From a plasmid: a DNA stretch of 64,000 nt. The notes beneath the pieces are model-generated. The model ran no database searches. It saw nothing but the letters and a program-made list of their open reading frames with translations, and had not been told where the DNA came from. The position numbers were made by a program, and so were the translations under genes. Each line of letters starts with the position of its first letter. The stretch's first letter is position 1. Shown one piece after another: positions 9,900 through 19,485 of this stretch. The stretch lies in the sequence record NZ_CP027239.1; one strand, 5' to 3'.

Positions 9900-10336
9900 A
9901 CCCGCAGGTCGCGAATGTGGTCACCGGCGGGCAGCGCAATGATGGTGCGATGCTCGCTGAAGTACTGGCCGACATCCATGTACCGCGCCTTGGCCGTGGC
10001 CGGCCTCGCACCCGCCCGGACGCGGTGATCGCAGACAAGGCGTACTCGTCCGGCACGATCCGCCGCCAGCTCCGCAGTCGCGGTATCGCCGCCGTGATCC
10101 CAGAGAAGAGTGACACCATTGACGCCCGCGCCCGGCGGGGAAGACGCGGCGGCCGGCCGCCGAAACTCGACGTTGACCTCTACAGAGGGCGAAACGTCGT
10201 TGAGCGCTCCTTCGCTCTGGCCAAGCAGTGGCGCGCCCTGGCCACCCGCTACGACAAACTCGCGATCACCTACCGCGCCGCCGTCACCCTCTGCGCCATC
10301 CTGACCTGGCTACGCCATTTAGGAGAGACGCCCTAG
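9896..10336 (+). CDS. IS5/IS427-group transposase orfB (DDE domain; expressed by -1 frameshift from orfA)
   Basis: DAVIADKAYSS and RNVVERSFALAKQWRALATRYDK conserved DDE-transposase C-terminal motifs; -1 frame relative to orfA. Confidence 0.8.
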   Translation: MNPQVANVVTGGQRNDGAMLAEVLADIHVPRLGRGRPRTRPDAVIADKAYSSGTIRRQLRSRGIAAVIPEKSDTIDARARRGRRGGRPPKLDVDLYRGRNVVERSFALAKQWRALATRYDKLAITYRAAVTLCAILTWLRHLGETP

Positions 10337-10938
10337 CTTCTCGCCAGGGCGCGGACCCACTGTGAGGTCTGTGACGGATGCGTCAGATGGACAACGTGTA
10401 GCCCGGGAAACCGGCCCTCCAACGTCGGTATCACTGGCTTGAGCTTCTTCCGCGTGTGCCAGCCCCATCGCAGAATGTGGTCCTCGTCGATGAGGGTTTT
10501 CCATAGCGGCGGCTCGTAGTTCCCGTTCCAAAGTTGCTCGCGCTGCAAGCGTCGGCGGACCGTCCGACGGATGAGGCGGGCCATCTGGATCCTTGTCGGG
10601 TAGTCCAGCCACAGGATGGTGTCAGCTCGGGAGACGATAAGGGGCCGCGCTTCGCGGTACTGCAATTCAACAACCCAGCAAGGTGTCGAGATCAAGTCCT
10701 CTACGTCTTCGAGAAAAGTCTCTCGCCGGGTCCAGTTTGGGCCGTGGTAGAGACTGTCCAACTCGACGCGCTCGCAACGCAGGACTTCTGCCAGCTCATC
10801 GCACAAGGTCGTCTTTCCCGAGCCAGAGACTCCAGCTACCGCGATGCGCTTAGGCCCCCAGGTGATCCTGTCATCAGCGTTGAGCACTGTCCTATTATCC
10901 GCACTTCGCATAGAAGCAGGACCCGGGCTCCCCCACAC
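10333..10938 (-). CDS. P-loop NTPase, adenylate-kinase/topology-modulation-like
   Basis: Walker A GVSGSGKTT; lower-GC gene located between the IS right end and a third copy of the IS terminal repeat. Confidence 0.55.
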   Translation of the reverse strand: MWGSPGPASMRSADNRTVLNADDRITWGPKRIAVAGVSGSGKTTLCDELAEVLRCERVELDSLYHGPNWTRRETFLEDVEDLISTPCWVVELQYREARPLIVSRADTILWLDYPTRIQMARLIRRTVRRRLQREQLWNGNYEPPLWKTLIDEDHILRWGWHTRKKLKPVIPTLEGRFPGLHVVHLTHPSQTSQWVRALARS

Positions 10939-10975
10939 CCACTTACTCGCCCCATCCAGTGGGTCACCGATTAGC

Positions 10976-10994
10976 TATAGGAGACACGCCCTAG
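10976..10994. repeat. solo copy of IS427-group terminal inverted repeat
   Basis: TAGGAGACACGCCCTAG, exact reverse complement of the left IR at 9434-9444, with no adjacent transposase. Confidence 0.6.
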
Positions 10995-11172
10995 CCGCCG
11001 AGGCACCGCCAGGGCCCGGCTCCGAAGAACGTTTTCGGGGCCGGGCCCTTTCGCGTCCACGGCGCACGAGCCGGGCGGGTGGCTGTCGGCAGCGAACTGC
11101 TGCACCTAGATGGGGCGGCAGCACAGTAAGGGCATGCCAGTCGCACCGCACACCAGCACGGAGGAGCACGCC

Positions 11173-11490
11173 ATGGACACCATCACCGACACCCGCACCT
11201 TCACCTTCGAGGGCACACCCATCAACCCCGAGCACCCCGACTTCGGTGGCGCCCCGGCGTTCACCTCCGCCACCGGCCTGGACGAGGTTCGCTCTCGCAT
11301 CGACACCGTCTTCGAGGGCAAGGCGCTGCCGTGGCGCCAGGTACTCTCCCTGGCTGGCACCTACGGAGTGGTGTACCTGCCCGACGACGTGCGCGGCACT
11401 CTCGCCGGGATCGCCGACCGTCTCGCTGTCGGTGCAGGCGTCGCGGTGCACGACGCTGACGAGGTCGTGACCATGACCCGTACCGCCTGA
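11173..11490 (+). CDS. hypothetical protein (105 aa)
   Basis: ATG with GGAGGAG RBS inside ORF 11110..11490. Confidence 0.45.
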   Translation: MDTITDTRTFTFEGTPINPEHPDFGGAPAFTSATGLDEVRSRIDTVFEGKALPWRQVLSLAGTYGVVYLPDDVRGTLAGIADRLAVGAGVAVHDADEVVTMTRTA

Positions 11491-11558
11491 ACTGCGCCTA
11501 TCCGCAGAGAGGCCCGCAGCGCAGAACGTGCCGCGGGCTTCGTCATCGCGGGATGGCC

Positions 11559-11879
11559 CTAGTCGTGGCGGGCCCCCATGAGGTGCAGGATCTGGTGCAC
11601 GGTGTCGTCGGCGAGGCTGTAGCGCTGGCCGCGACCGTCGTGGGGGTCTTTGTCCGCGCGTACCCACCCCTGGTCGCGGAGGACTCGTAGGGCCTGGGAG
11701 GCGGCGTTGCGGGTGATGCCGGCGGCGCTTGCGAGCTCGGTGACGGTGGCGACTCCCGGGCCCGCGTCGTGCATGTGCGCCAGCAGGGCCAGTCGGGTGG
11801 GGTGGCCGAGAAGATCGAACCGGTCCGCCCACTCAGGCAGGTCGAGCTCCTGGCGGGTGTGAACGTGGGCGTGAGTCAT
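11559..11879 (-). CDS. ArsR/SmtB-family transcriptional regulator
   Basis: HTH LGHPTRLALLAHM...ATVTELASAAGITRNAASQALRVLRDQGWV; divergent from ABC transporter operon. Confidence 0.75.
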   Translation of the reverse strand: MTHAHVHTRQELDLPEWADRFDLLGHPTRLALLAHMHDAGPGVATVTELASAAGITRNAASQALRVLRDQGWVRADKDPHDGRGQRYSLADDTVHQILHLMGARHD

Positions 11880-11972
11880 GGTGGGGCTCCTTCGCGGGTG
11901 CTGGCCCCAATGCTCACACGGGCCCGTATCGGTGCGGCGTCTGCCGACACGACCTACCGATACGCTCCCGGA

Positions 11973-11994
11973 TAGGTGTCGAAACGGACACCTA
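11973..11994. promoter_or_regulatory. palindromic operator candidate in ArsR/ABC divergent intergenic region
   Basis: TAGGTGTC-GAAACG-GACACCTA perfect 8-bp inverted repeat. Confidence 0.4.
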
Positions 11995-12030
11995 CATCGG
12001 AAACGAACGCCCATATAGGAGCACCCCGCG

Positions 12031-13641
12031 ATGCGGACACCCATCTCTATTGCCTGCGCAGCACTCGCCCTGCCGCTGGTCCTGTCCGGATGCACCGCCC
12101 CGGCCGGCACCGCGCCCGCTACCGACCAGCTCGTCCTGGCCACGGCCGACGACCTGGGGGAGTTCAACCCGGTTGCCGGCTACTCCTCCAACGGGGTGTC
12201 CCCGCTGTACGAGGGACTGTTGCGCCCGGCCGCGGCCGATGACACGAAGCTGCCTGCGCTGGAGCCGGCGCTCGCCGCCGAAGCGCCGCAGGTCAGCGAG
12301 GATGCCCGGACGTGGACGGCGCGGCTGCGCGAGGGGGTGCGGTTCCACGACGGCACTGACCTGGACGCCGGTGACGTGGCCGCCACCTATCGGGCGGTCC
12401 TGGACCCTGCCTCGGCATCGCCGATCGCAGACGACTACCGGCTCATCGCCCGCATCGACACCCCCGATGCGCTGACCGTGCGGTTCCACCTGGATGCCCC
12501 GAACCGCGAGTTCGCCTCTCGCCTCCTGCTGGGCATCGCGCCGAGCGAGCGCCTGGCTGGCGGCCCGGCCGCCGACTCGAGCTTGAACACTGATCCGGCC
12601 GGCACCGGCCCGTTCCAGCTCGAGCAGCTCTCGCCGACCGAGGCGGTCCTGGTCGCCAACCCTGGCTACCGGGACGGCGCCCCTGAGTTGGACCGGGTCG
12701 TGCTGCGCTCAGTTCCCGACGACAACGCCCGCGCCCAGCAGCTGCTGGCGGGGCAGGTCGACGGTGCCGCGCTGCCACCGCGCCTGGCCGACAGCGTCGA
12801 TGGCCGCGACGGGGTGACTGTGCAGTCGGTCAACTCCGCCGACTGGCGCGGGGTATCGCTGCCGGTCAATCACCCGTTTACCGGGGAGGCGGTGGCCCGG
12901 CGGGCCCTGAACATGGCCGTGGACCGAGAGGCACTGGTCGAGCAGGTGCTGTCCGGCCACGGCCAGGCGGCCACCACCCCGATCACCAGCGCCTACCCGG
13001 AGTACCACCAGGTCGCCTTCGGGCCCATGGATCCGGCCACCCGGGTCTTCGAGGCCTCCGCGCTCCTGCGGGGCGCCGGCTGGGAGCTCGACGACGAGTC
13101 CATGGTGCGGATCCGGGACGGGCAGCGCGCCGAGCTGACGGTCGCTTACCCGGTCAACGACAGCCTGCGCCGCGAGCTGGCGTCGGCGTTCGCTGACCAG
13201 GTCCGGGCCATCGGTGTCGACGTCACCCTGTGGGGCGCCTCCTGGGACGAGATCGAGGCCCGCGCCGACGAGGTCGCGATCATGCTCGGCGGGGGAGACA
13301 ACCCGTACACCGTCGACACCCAGGCCCGCCGCGCTCTGCACTCACGCACGCCCGCGTCGGGGCCGTTCGACAACCCGGGCGGATGGAGCAACCCCGGCAT
13401 CGACCAGGCTCTGGATGCCCTGACTGACCCGGCCAATACTCGCAGCCCCCGGGACCTGTACGCCCAGGTGCAGGACGAGTACCGCACCGACCCGGGCTAC
13501 GTCGTCCTGGCCACCCTGCGCCACACCTACGCCACCCGCGACACCGGCTACTCCGGGCCCGCTCCGATCCTCGAGCCGCACGCCCACGGCGTCACCTGGG
13601 GCCCGTGGTGGTCCCTGGGCCAGTGGACGGCGAACCGGTGA
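12031..13641 (+). CDS. ABC transporter substrate-binding lipoprotein (family 5, peptide/nickel type)
   Basis: Lipoprotein signal LVLSGC; length and motifs typical of DppA/NikA/OppA-type SBPs. Confidence 0.75.
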   Translation: MRTPISIACAALALPLVLSGCTAPAGTAPATDQLVLATADDLGEFNPVAGYSSNGVSPLYEGLLRPAAADDTKLPALEPALAAEAPQVSEDARTWTARLREGVRFHDGTDLDAGDVAATYRAVLDPASASPIADDYRLIARIDTPDALTVRFHLDAPNREFASRLLLGIAPSERLAGGPAADSSLNTDPAGTGPFQLEQLSPTEAVLVANPGYRDGAPELDRVVLRSVPDDNARAQQLLAGQVDGAALPPRLADSVDGRDGVTVQSVNSADWRGVSLPVNHPFTGEAVARRALNMAVDREALVEQVLSGHGQAATTPITSAYPEYHQVAFGPMDPATRVFEASALLRGAGWELDDESMVRIRDGQRAELTVAYPVNDSLRRELASAFADQVRAIGVDVTLWGASWDEIEARADEVAIMLGGGDNPYTVDTQARRALHSRTPASGPFDNPGGWSNPGIDQALDALTDPANTRSPRDLYAQVQDEYRTDPGYVVLATLRHTYATRDTGYSGPAPILEPHAHGVTWGPWWSLGQWTANR

Positions 13642-14633
13642 TCCGCCGGCTGGGGGAGCGGCGCCGCGATCTGCTGACGTTGACCGCGCGGCGGGCCGCG
13701 ATCGCGCCGCTGATCATGGGCATGGTGACCGCGGCGGCGTTCGCCCTGGCCGCGGTGTCGCCGCTGGACCCACTGGCCGCCTACCTGGGCGACAGCTACC
13801 AGTTCGCCGGAGCGGAGACCCGCGACGCGGCCGCGAAGGCGCTGGGCGCGGACGCCTCGTGGTGGCAGGCATGGTGGCACTGGCTTGTCGGGACGGCCAG
13901 CGGGGATGCAGGCTTCTCGCACACCTACCGGCAGCCGGTGGTCACGGTGCTGGCCGAGCGACTGCCGTGGACGCTGCTGCTGTCCGCGGCCGGGCTCGGG
14001 GCGGCGTTGCTGCTCGCGGTGGCCGGCGGGCTGGTCGCTGCGCTGCGGCCGGGTGGGGTCGTGGACCGGGCGGTGGCCAGGCTGGCGGTGTTGGCCTCGA
14101 CGGTGCCGACGTTCGTGATGGCGTTGGTGGTGGTGGCGGTGTTCGCGGTGACCTGGCAGGTGGTGCCGGTGTCGGGGGCGTGGGCGCCCGGTGCGGCGCC
14201 GACGGTGGTTTCGACCGCGACGCACCTGGTGCTGCCGGCGCTGGTTCTGGCCGTCTCGCAGCTGCCGTGGATGCTGCTGACCACCCGGCAAGCAGTGTTG
14301 AAGGCTGTGGAGTCCGCGCCGGTGTGCCACGCCCGCGCCCGCGGCTTGAGCCGATGGCGAGTGCTGGTCGGGCATATCGGCCCGGTGTCGTGGACCCCGT
14401 TGATCGCGCTGGTCGGCGCCCGACTGCCGGAGGTGATCGTGGGCGCCCTGGTCGTGGAGGAGGTATTCGCCTGGCCCGGCCTGGCAGAGGCCACCGTCGA
14501 CGCCGCCCTGGGCGCCGACCTGCCGCTACTCGCGGCGGTCACCGCCCTGTCCGCCGCGGCAATCATCGCAGGCACCTGGCTCGCCGACTGCGCCCTGATG
14601 CTGGCTGACCCGAGAGTGAGGGTCCATGCCTAA
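13638..14633 (+). CDS. ABC transporter permease (DppB/NikB-like)
   Basis: GTG start overlapping the SBP stop; multiple TM helices; ABC permease signature region. Confidence 0.7.
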   Translation: MIRRLGERRRDLLTLTARRAAIAPLIMGMVTAAAFALAAVSPLDPLAAYLGDSYQFAGAETRDAAAKALGADASWWQAWWHWLVGTASGDAGFSHTYRQPVVTVLAERLPWTLLLSAAGLGAALLLAVAGGLVAALRPGGVVDRAVARLAVLASTVPTFVMALVVVAVFAVTWQVVPVSGAWAPGAAPTVVSTATHLVLPALVLAVSQLPWMLLTTRQAVLKAVESAPVCHARARGLSRWRVLVGHIGPVSWTPLIALVGARLPEVIVGALVVEEVFAWPGLAEATVDAALGADLPLLAAVTALSAAAIIAGTWLADCALMLADPRVRVHA

Positions 14634-15018
14634 CCGCGACCTTCGGGCTGCTGCACCTCAGTCGGCCGGCGTGACCGTGGGACCACTGACCACCGCGGCG
14701 GGCACGCCACGTCAGGCCGCCCACCGAAAGGAACACTCGATGACGCTCACAGAGCAGCTGGACCAGATCGACGCGCAGATCGCAGGATTCACGGACTTCG
14801 GCGGCGACGCGACTCGCGCCCTGAACGCGGTAGGGGCGCCCCAGCTGGTGGCCGCGATCCGGGCCGTGGCGACCACCATCGGCCCCCACTATGACGCCGA
14901 GGTGCGGCGCAACGCCAAGTTCGGACGCACCGGCAGTGACTGCGTGTGCGAGACGTGCCGAGCGATACGCGGCATGGTCGACGCCCTCAGCTCCGGGGAG
15001 CACCATGCGCAGCTCTGA
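14626..15018 (+). CDS. hypothetical protein
   Basis: ORF between the permease genes; not a transporter component. Confidence 0.4.
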   Translation: MPNRDLRAAAPQSAGVTVGPLTTAAGTPRQAAHRKEHSMTLTEQLDQIDAQIAGFTDFGGDATRALNAVGAPQLVAAIRAVATTIGPHYDAEVRRNAKFGRTGSDCVCETCRAIRGMVDALSSGEHHAQL

Positions 15019-15052
15019 CGATCTTGACCCAGCGACGCAGGGAGAACCGACG

Positions 15053-15451
15053 ATGAACAGCGAAGAAGTCGACGTGGCCGCTGACGCCATGTGGGCAGCC
15101 ATCGACGACACGGGCATCCGCGGGCGCCTCTACCGAGAGGACTGCCTGTACCTCGCGCAGGTACTGGCAAAATCCGGGCTGCTGGCGCGCCACGTCGACG
15201 ACGACCAGGCCCCAGTTTCCGACGGCGAGTGGGTGCGCATCCCCGCAGATCAGGTGCACGAGGAGTGGATGGCGGCAGTCGGCTGGCGCAACGGGATCGG
15301 CCAGACCGAGCAGAACCAGGGCTACGGAGACACCCGGGAAGCGGCCCTGGCTGACGCCCGTAGCCAGCCGCGGCTGCTGGGACTCGGAGACGAGGACGAG
15401 GTCGCCCACAAGGCACTGCGCCGCCTTGCCAGCTCGTGGGAGGAGGCGTGA
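15053..15451 (+). CDS. hypothetical protein
   Basis: ATG after GGGAGAAC RBS; alternative start at 15005. Confidence 0.4.
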   Translation: MNSEEVDVAADAMWAAIDDTGIRGRLYREDCLYLAQVLAKSGLLARHVDDDQAPVSDGEWVRIPADQVHEEWMAAVGWRNGIGQTEQNQGYGDTREAALADARSQPRLLGLGDEDEVAHKALRRLASSWEEA

Positions 15452-16059
15452 GCAACGCCTTCTTCACCGCCGACCTGCACCTCGGGCACCGGCTCGTCTC
15501 CGACCTGCGGGGTTTCGACACTGTCGAAGACCACGACTGTGCCGTCATGGACAACCTCGCCGCCACACTTGGCACCAGCGACACCCTGTGGCTGCTCGGG
15601 GACATCTCCGCAGGGGGCGGCGGCGGTCAACGTCACGCCCTCGCGCTGATCGAGGAGGTGCTCGTCAGTCGCGGCCGTACCGTGCACCTGATCCCCGGCA
15701 ATCACGACGGTGTGCATCCGCTTCACCGCAACGCACTCAAGTGGGATGGCCCCTACCGGCAGGTATTCGCCTCGGTGCAGCCGTTCGCGCGGCGCCGCAT
15801 CGCCGGCCGCAACGTATGGCTGTCACATTTCCCGTGGCGGGGCGGAGGGGACCACACCGACATCGACCGCTACGAGACGGTGCGCCTGAACGACGACGGC
15901 ACGTCGTGGCTCCTTCACGGACACACCCACAGCCTCGAAGCCATCGACTACGAACGCCGCCAGATCCATGTCGGTCTCGACGCCTGGGACCTGCGCCCCG
16001 TACCGCTGGAGGAGATCGCGGCCCTGGTCAACGCCACCGAAGTGGCAGTGCCCAGGTGA
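15448..16059 (+). CDS. metallophosphoesterase (calcineurin-like)
   Basis: Motifs DLHLGH, GDISAGG, GNHD and HGHTH; GTG start with GGGAGGAGG RBS overlapping the upstream stop. Confidence 0.75.
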   Translation: MSNAFFTADLHLGHRLVSDLRGFDTVEDHDCAVMDNLAATLGTSDTLWLLGDISAGGGGGQRHALALIEEVLVSRGRTVHLIPGNHDGVHPLHRNALKWDGPYRQVFASVQPFARRRIAGRNVWLSHFPWRGGGDHTDIDRYETVRLNDDGTSWLLHGHTHSLEAIDYERRQIHVGLDAWDLRPVPLEEIAALVNATEVAVPR

Positions 16060-16175
16060 GCCCGCGACCGCGACCTGCCGGCCCGTCACCGCCGACGCGC
16101 GCCAATGCCTCCACCGCCGAGCCCGCACCCAACCCGAAGAAAGGATCGCCGGGCACCGCCCGACGGAACACCGCT

Positions 16176-16961
16176 ATGCAACGCACTCACCGCAAGATCC
16201 TCGCGTCGGCAACCATCGCCGCTGCCCTCACGCTGACCGCGTGCTCCTCGGAGGAATCGGGCGCCCCAGCCGACGGCCCAAACCACGGCGGCAGCCCTGC
16301 GCACGGCGGGGACACCGAACAGACACCGACGTTCGACTACTCCATGCCGCAGCTGGGCCCGGTCACCGTCCACGAGATGCGCTTCGAGATCCCGCAGGTC
16401 GCGCTCGACAACGAGCCCGACTACGAAGAGGGAAAAATGTTCAGCTCGATCTCGATCAAGCCGATGCAGATCGACGCCCCGGGTGTGTGCGGCATCGAGA
16501 TGAACCGAGAGCTGCACAACGATCCCGTGGAACGGCTGACGCAGCGGCTCTTGGCGGACAACCGCCGCTTGCCCACGCTGCGCACAGGCTGGGGCGATGA
16601 CGACAAGCTCCCCACTCCGGAGGAGGCCCGTGAGTTCGCCGTAGACGTCGTCGCCGGGCAGAAGCGCAAGCCGGAAAGCGCCCTGGACCTCGCCAACCCT
16701 GAGCCGGGCCGGTACGTGTCGGACGACTTCACCAGCATCAAGGCCGTTGGCTCTTGTGCCTCGTCGGTCGATTCCGATGACGCGCTGGTCACCGTGGCCT
16801 ACCGAATGGTCGGGCAGAGGCCAGCCGTCGATTCTGGCGATCCGTACGACACCTTCGCCGAGGCCGAGGTCGGGATCTTCACCAACGGCGACATCTTCGT
16901 CACCGGCGCCGAGATTGAGGGCTGGGAGCAGGACATCAACGGGGACTGGATCCCCGACTGA
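16176..16961 (+). CDS. lipoprotein
   Basis: ATG in frame within ORF 15426..16961; signal peptide plus lipobox LTLTAC. The upstream 250 codons are Arg/Pro-rich artefact. Confidence 0.55.
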   Translation: MQRTHRKILASATIAAALTLTACSSEESGAPADGPNHGGSPAHGGDTEQTPTFDYSMPQLGPVTVHEMRFEIPQVALDNEPDYEEGKMFSSISIKPMQIDAPGVCGIEMNRELHNDPVERLTQRLLADNRRLPTLRTGWGDDDKLPTPEEAREFAVDVVAGQKRKPESALDLANPEPGRYVSDDFTSIKAVGSCASSVDSDDALVTVAYRMVGQRPAVDSGDPYDTFAEAEVGIFTNGDIFVTGAEIEGWEQDINGDWIPD

Positions 16962-17006
16962 TCCAGCCGAGCCCGAGCATTTCGCCCACACGAGCAGGAG
17001 CCAGCC

Positions 17007-18581
17007 ATGACCCCACCGACCGTTCAGGTCCGCGTGGCCTTCGCCCTCACCGCACTGTCCGCGCTCGCGGGCTACGCCGTGCTGTGGCCTGCGCTGGCTC
17101 CTGCCGGCTGGGCCGGCTCGGACTACCTGCGGGCCCGCTCCGGGCCGTCGTGGCCGCACCTGATGGGCACTGACCACCTGGGTTACGACGTGTCGGTGCG
17201 GGTCGCTGAGGCCCTGCAGGTGTCGTTGGCGGTCGCGGTGGCCACCGCGGTGGGCGCCGCCGTGATCGGGCTGCTGGTGGGGGCCACAGCCGCCGCCTGC
17301 GGGGGGCGGGTCGACGCCGCCCTGATGCGGGCCACCGATGCTGTGGCCGCGGTGCCGCACCTGCTGGCGACCATCGTCGTCGTTGCCATGTTCCGCGGCT
17401 CGCTGACCGCCATCGTCATCGCGCTGACGCTGACCCACTGGACGACCCTGGCCCGCGTCGTCCGCGCGGAAACCCAGACGGTGATGGCCTCTGGCTACAT
17501 CGCCGCCTCCCGGACCGCCGGCGCTTCCCGCGCCCAGCTTGTGCGCCACCACATCGTCCCGGCCGTCGCCCCGCAGGCGGGGATCGCGATCGTGATGATG
17601 GTGCCGCACGCCATCTGGCACGAGTCCACGCTGTCGTTCCTGGGCATCGGGCTGGCCCCGGAGCAGGCCAGCCTGGGCACGCTCATCGACTCCGCCAGCG
17701 CCGGACTGCTCGAGGGCCAGTGGTGGGCGCTCGCCGCGCCCTCAGCGGTGCTAGTGGCCGCTACGGCGGCGTTGGCGGCGCTGCGCCCCGCCGGCACCCG
17801 CCTCGCCCGCCGTCGGCTCGGCGACCGGGCCCTGCCAGCCAGTCGCAGAGCAGGGGAGGGGCTGCAGGTGCGGGACCTGACCGTGGACATCCACACCGCG
17901 GCCGGGCCGGTGCGCGCCCTCGACGGGGCGACGCTGCGCGTCGCCTCGGGCAAGATCGTCGCCGTGACCGGTCCGTCCGGCGCCGGTAAGTCCACCCTGG
18001 CGCACGCCCTGGCCGGGCTCCTGCCGGCCGCCGCCACCCTGACCGGGCACATGGACTCCGGCCCGGTCGGATACATGCCGCAGAACCCCGCCTCGGCGTT
18101 CACCCCGACCCGGCATCTGCGCAGCCAACTCGCCGAGATCATCGACGCCCACAGCGCACCGACCACCGTCGACCAGCTCTGTCACCAGGCGGGTCTACCG
18201 CCGCACCTGATCGACCGGTTCCCGCATGAGCTGTCCGGAGGGCAACTGCAGCGGGCCGCGTTCGCCGCCGCCCTGGCCAGCGGGCCCCGCGTGCTGATCG
18301 TCGACGAACCCACCTCCGGCCTAAACCCCGAGCGGGCCGCCGACGTGATGCACCTTCTGCGGGCAGTGGCCGACAGCCAGGCGATGGCAGTCCTGCTGAT
18401 CACTCACGACCTGACCGCGCTGGCGGCAACCGGGGTGGCGGACCGCGTCGTTGAGCTCCACGACGGTCGACTCTCCGATGAGTCGGCCGCGGGGCCACGC
18501 GCGGCGTGCCCAGACGATGAAGGCTGCCCCGCCCCTGCCGCGGCCGTCGCCGAGCCGATGGCGGCGGTGGTGCGAGCGTGA
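17007..18581 (+). CDS. ABC transporter permease fused to ATP-binding domain (DppC/NikC-NikD-like)
   Basis: N-terminal TM permease region; C-terminal Walker A GPSGAGKST, signature LSGGQLQRAAFAAAL and Walker B LIVDEPTSGL. Confidence 0.75.
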   Translation: MTPPTVQVRVAFALTALSALAGYAVLWPALAPAGWAGSDYLRARSGPSWPHLMGTDHLGYDVSVRVAEALQVSLAVAVATAVGAAVIGLLVGATAAACGGRVDAALMRATDAVAAVPHLLATIVVVAMFRGSLTAIVIALTLTHWTTLARVVRAETQTVMASGYIAASRTAGASRAQLVRHHIVPAVAPQAGIAIVMMVPHAIWHESTLSFLGIGLAPEQASLGTLIDSASAGLLEGQWWALAAPSAVLVAATAALAALRPAGTRLARRRLGDRALPASRRAGEGLQVRDLTVDIHTAAGPVRALDGATLRVASGKIVAVTGPSGAGKSTLAHALAGLLPAAATLTGHMDSGPVGYMPQNPASAFTPTRHLRSQLAEIIDAHSAPTTVDQLCHQAGLPPHLIDRFPHELSGGQLQRAAFAAALASGPRVLIVDEPTSGLNPERAADVMHLLRAVADSQAMAVLLITHDLTALAATGVADRVVELHDGRLSDESAAGPRAACPDDEGCPAPAAAVAEPMAAVVRA

Positions 18582-19249
18582 GCCTGCGCTGCGAGAACGT
18601 CACCTACCGGCACCCCGGCGCCGACCAGCCCGTGCTGGCCGGGCTGAGCCTGGAGGTCCAGCCCGGGCGCATTGTGGCCGTGACCGGCCCGTCAGGGGTC
18701 GGCAAGACCACGTTGGGTCGCCTGATGGCCGGCCTGCTGACGCCGGATTCGGGAACGATCACCTGCGACGGCCGGCCGGTCGGTGCCCGGCGTGGCCGGC
18801 TGCCGCGGTGGACTGCGCTGCTGGCCCAGGATCCGCTGTCCGCCGCCGACCCCCGCCACAACCTCGGACGGATGATCTCCCTGCCGGCACGCCTAGCCGG
18901 GAAGAGCATCGACGTGAAGGCAGCCGCGGCGGAGGTGGGTTTAGGCCCCGAGCTGCTGGATCGGCTACCGGGACAGGTGTCAGGCGGGCAACTGCAGCGG
19001 GCGTGCCTGGCCCGGGCCCTGGCCCAGCGGCCCAACTATCTGATCGCCGACGAACCCACCGCGCATCTCGATACCGACAGCACGGCCACGATCGCTGCGG
19101 TGTTGCGCCGCCGCGCCGCCCGCGGGCTCGGCGTCCTTCTCATCACCCACGAGCTTGAGCTGGTCCGCGACATCGCGGACGTCACGACGCACCTGCTCCC
19201 GACGTCGACGGAGACGATGAACCCACTTTCGGACCGTCCCAGCCGATAA
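18578..19249 (+). CDS. ABC transporter ATP-binding protein (NikE/DppF-like)
   Basis: Walker A GPSGVGKTT, signature SGGQLQRACLARAL and Walker B LIADEPTAHLD. Confidence 0.8.
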   Translation: MSLRCENVTYRHPGADQPVLAGLSLEVQPGRIVAVTGPSGVGKTTLGRLMAGLLTPDSGTITCDGRPVGARRGRLPRWTALLAQDPLSAADPRHNLGRMISLPARLAGKSIDVKAAAAEVGLGPELLDRLPGQVSGGQLQRACLARALAQRPNYLIADEPTAHLDTDSTATIAAVLRRRAARGLGVLLITHELELVRDIADVTTHLLPTSTETMNPLSDRPSR

Positions 19250-19287
19250 CATCTGCGCAGGCAACAACCACCGGGCAGGAGAAGGCG

Positions 19288-19431
19288 ATGGCGGTGAACT
19301 GGAAAGCCTTGCAGGCAGAACTAGACGCGGACGCCTCGCAGATCCTCGCCGACTGCGCTGTCCGCGCCGACGCCCTCTGCGCCGAGGTGTACGGCGACCT
19401 CTACCACTCGCCCCAGGGGCAGGCCAGCTAA
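19288..19431 (+). CDS. small hypothetical protein (47 aa)
   Basis: Short ORF below the track cutoff, after the ABC operon; weak support. Confidence 0.2.
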   Translation: MAVNWKALQAELDADASQILADCAVRADALCAEVYGDLYHSPQGQAS

Positions 19432-19485
19432 CCAGCCCGTAGCCAGCGGGCGCTAGAGCAGGCGTTGCGAGCATCCAACCCCTGG

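Larger units (their letters stand above)
9430..10336 (+). mobile_element. IS5-family (IS427/IS1031-group) insertion sequence
   Basis: Terminal inverted repeats GGCGTGTCTCC (9434-9444) and GGAGAGACGCC (10322-10332), each flanked by CTAG. Two overlapping ORFs in -1 register. The left end abuts the lsr2 stop codon. Confidence 0.8.

Noticed and set aside
13548-14375. 275-aa minus-strand ORF and several + strand ORFs (13859..14608, 13885..14118)
   Set aside because: Overlap the ABC permease gene in other frames; Arg/Gly/His-rich artefacts of GC bias.
15426-16175. N-terminal 250 codons of track ORF 15426..16961
   Set aside because: Arg/Pro/His-rich low-complexity sequence overlapping the metallophosphoesterase gene in another frame. 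The real gene starts at the lipoprotein ATG 16176.
16086-17621. 511-aa minus-strand ORF
   Set aside because: Antisense to the lipoprotein and permease genes; Gly/Arg/His/Asp-rich.
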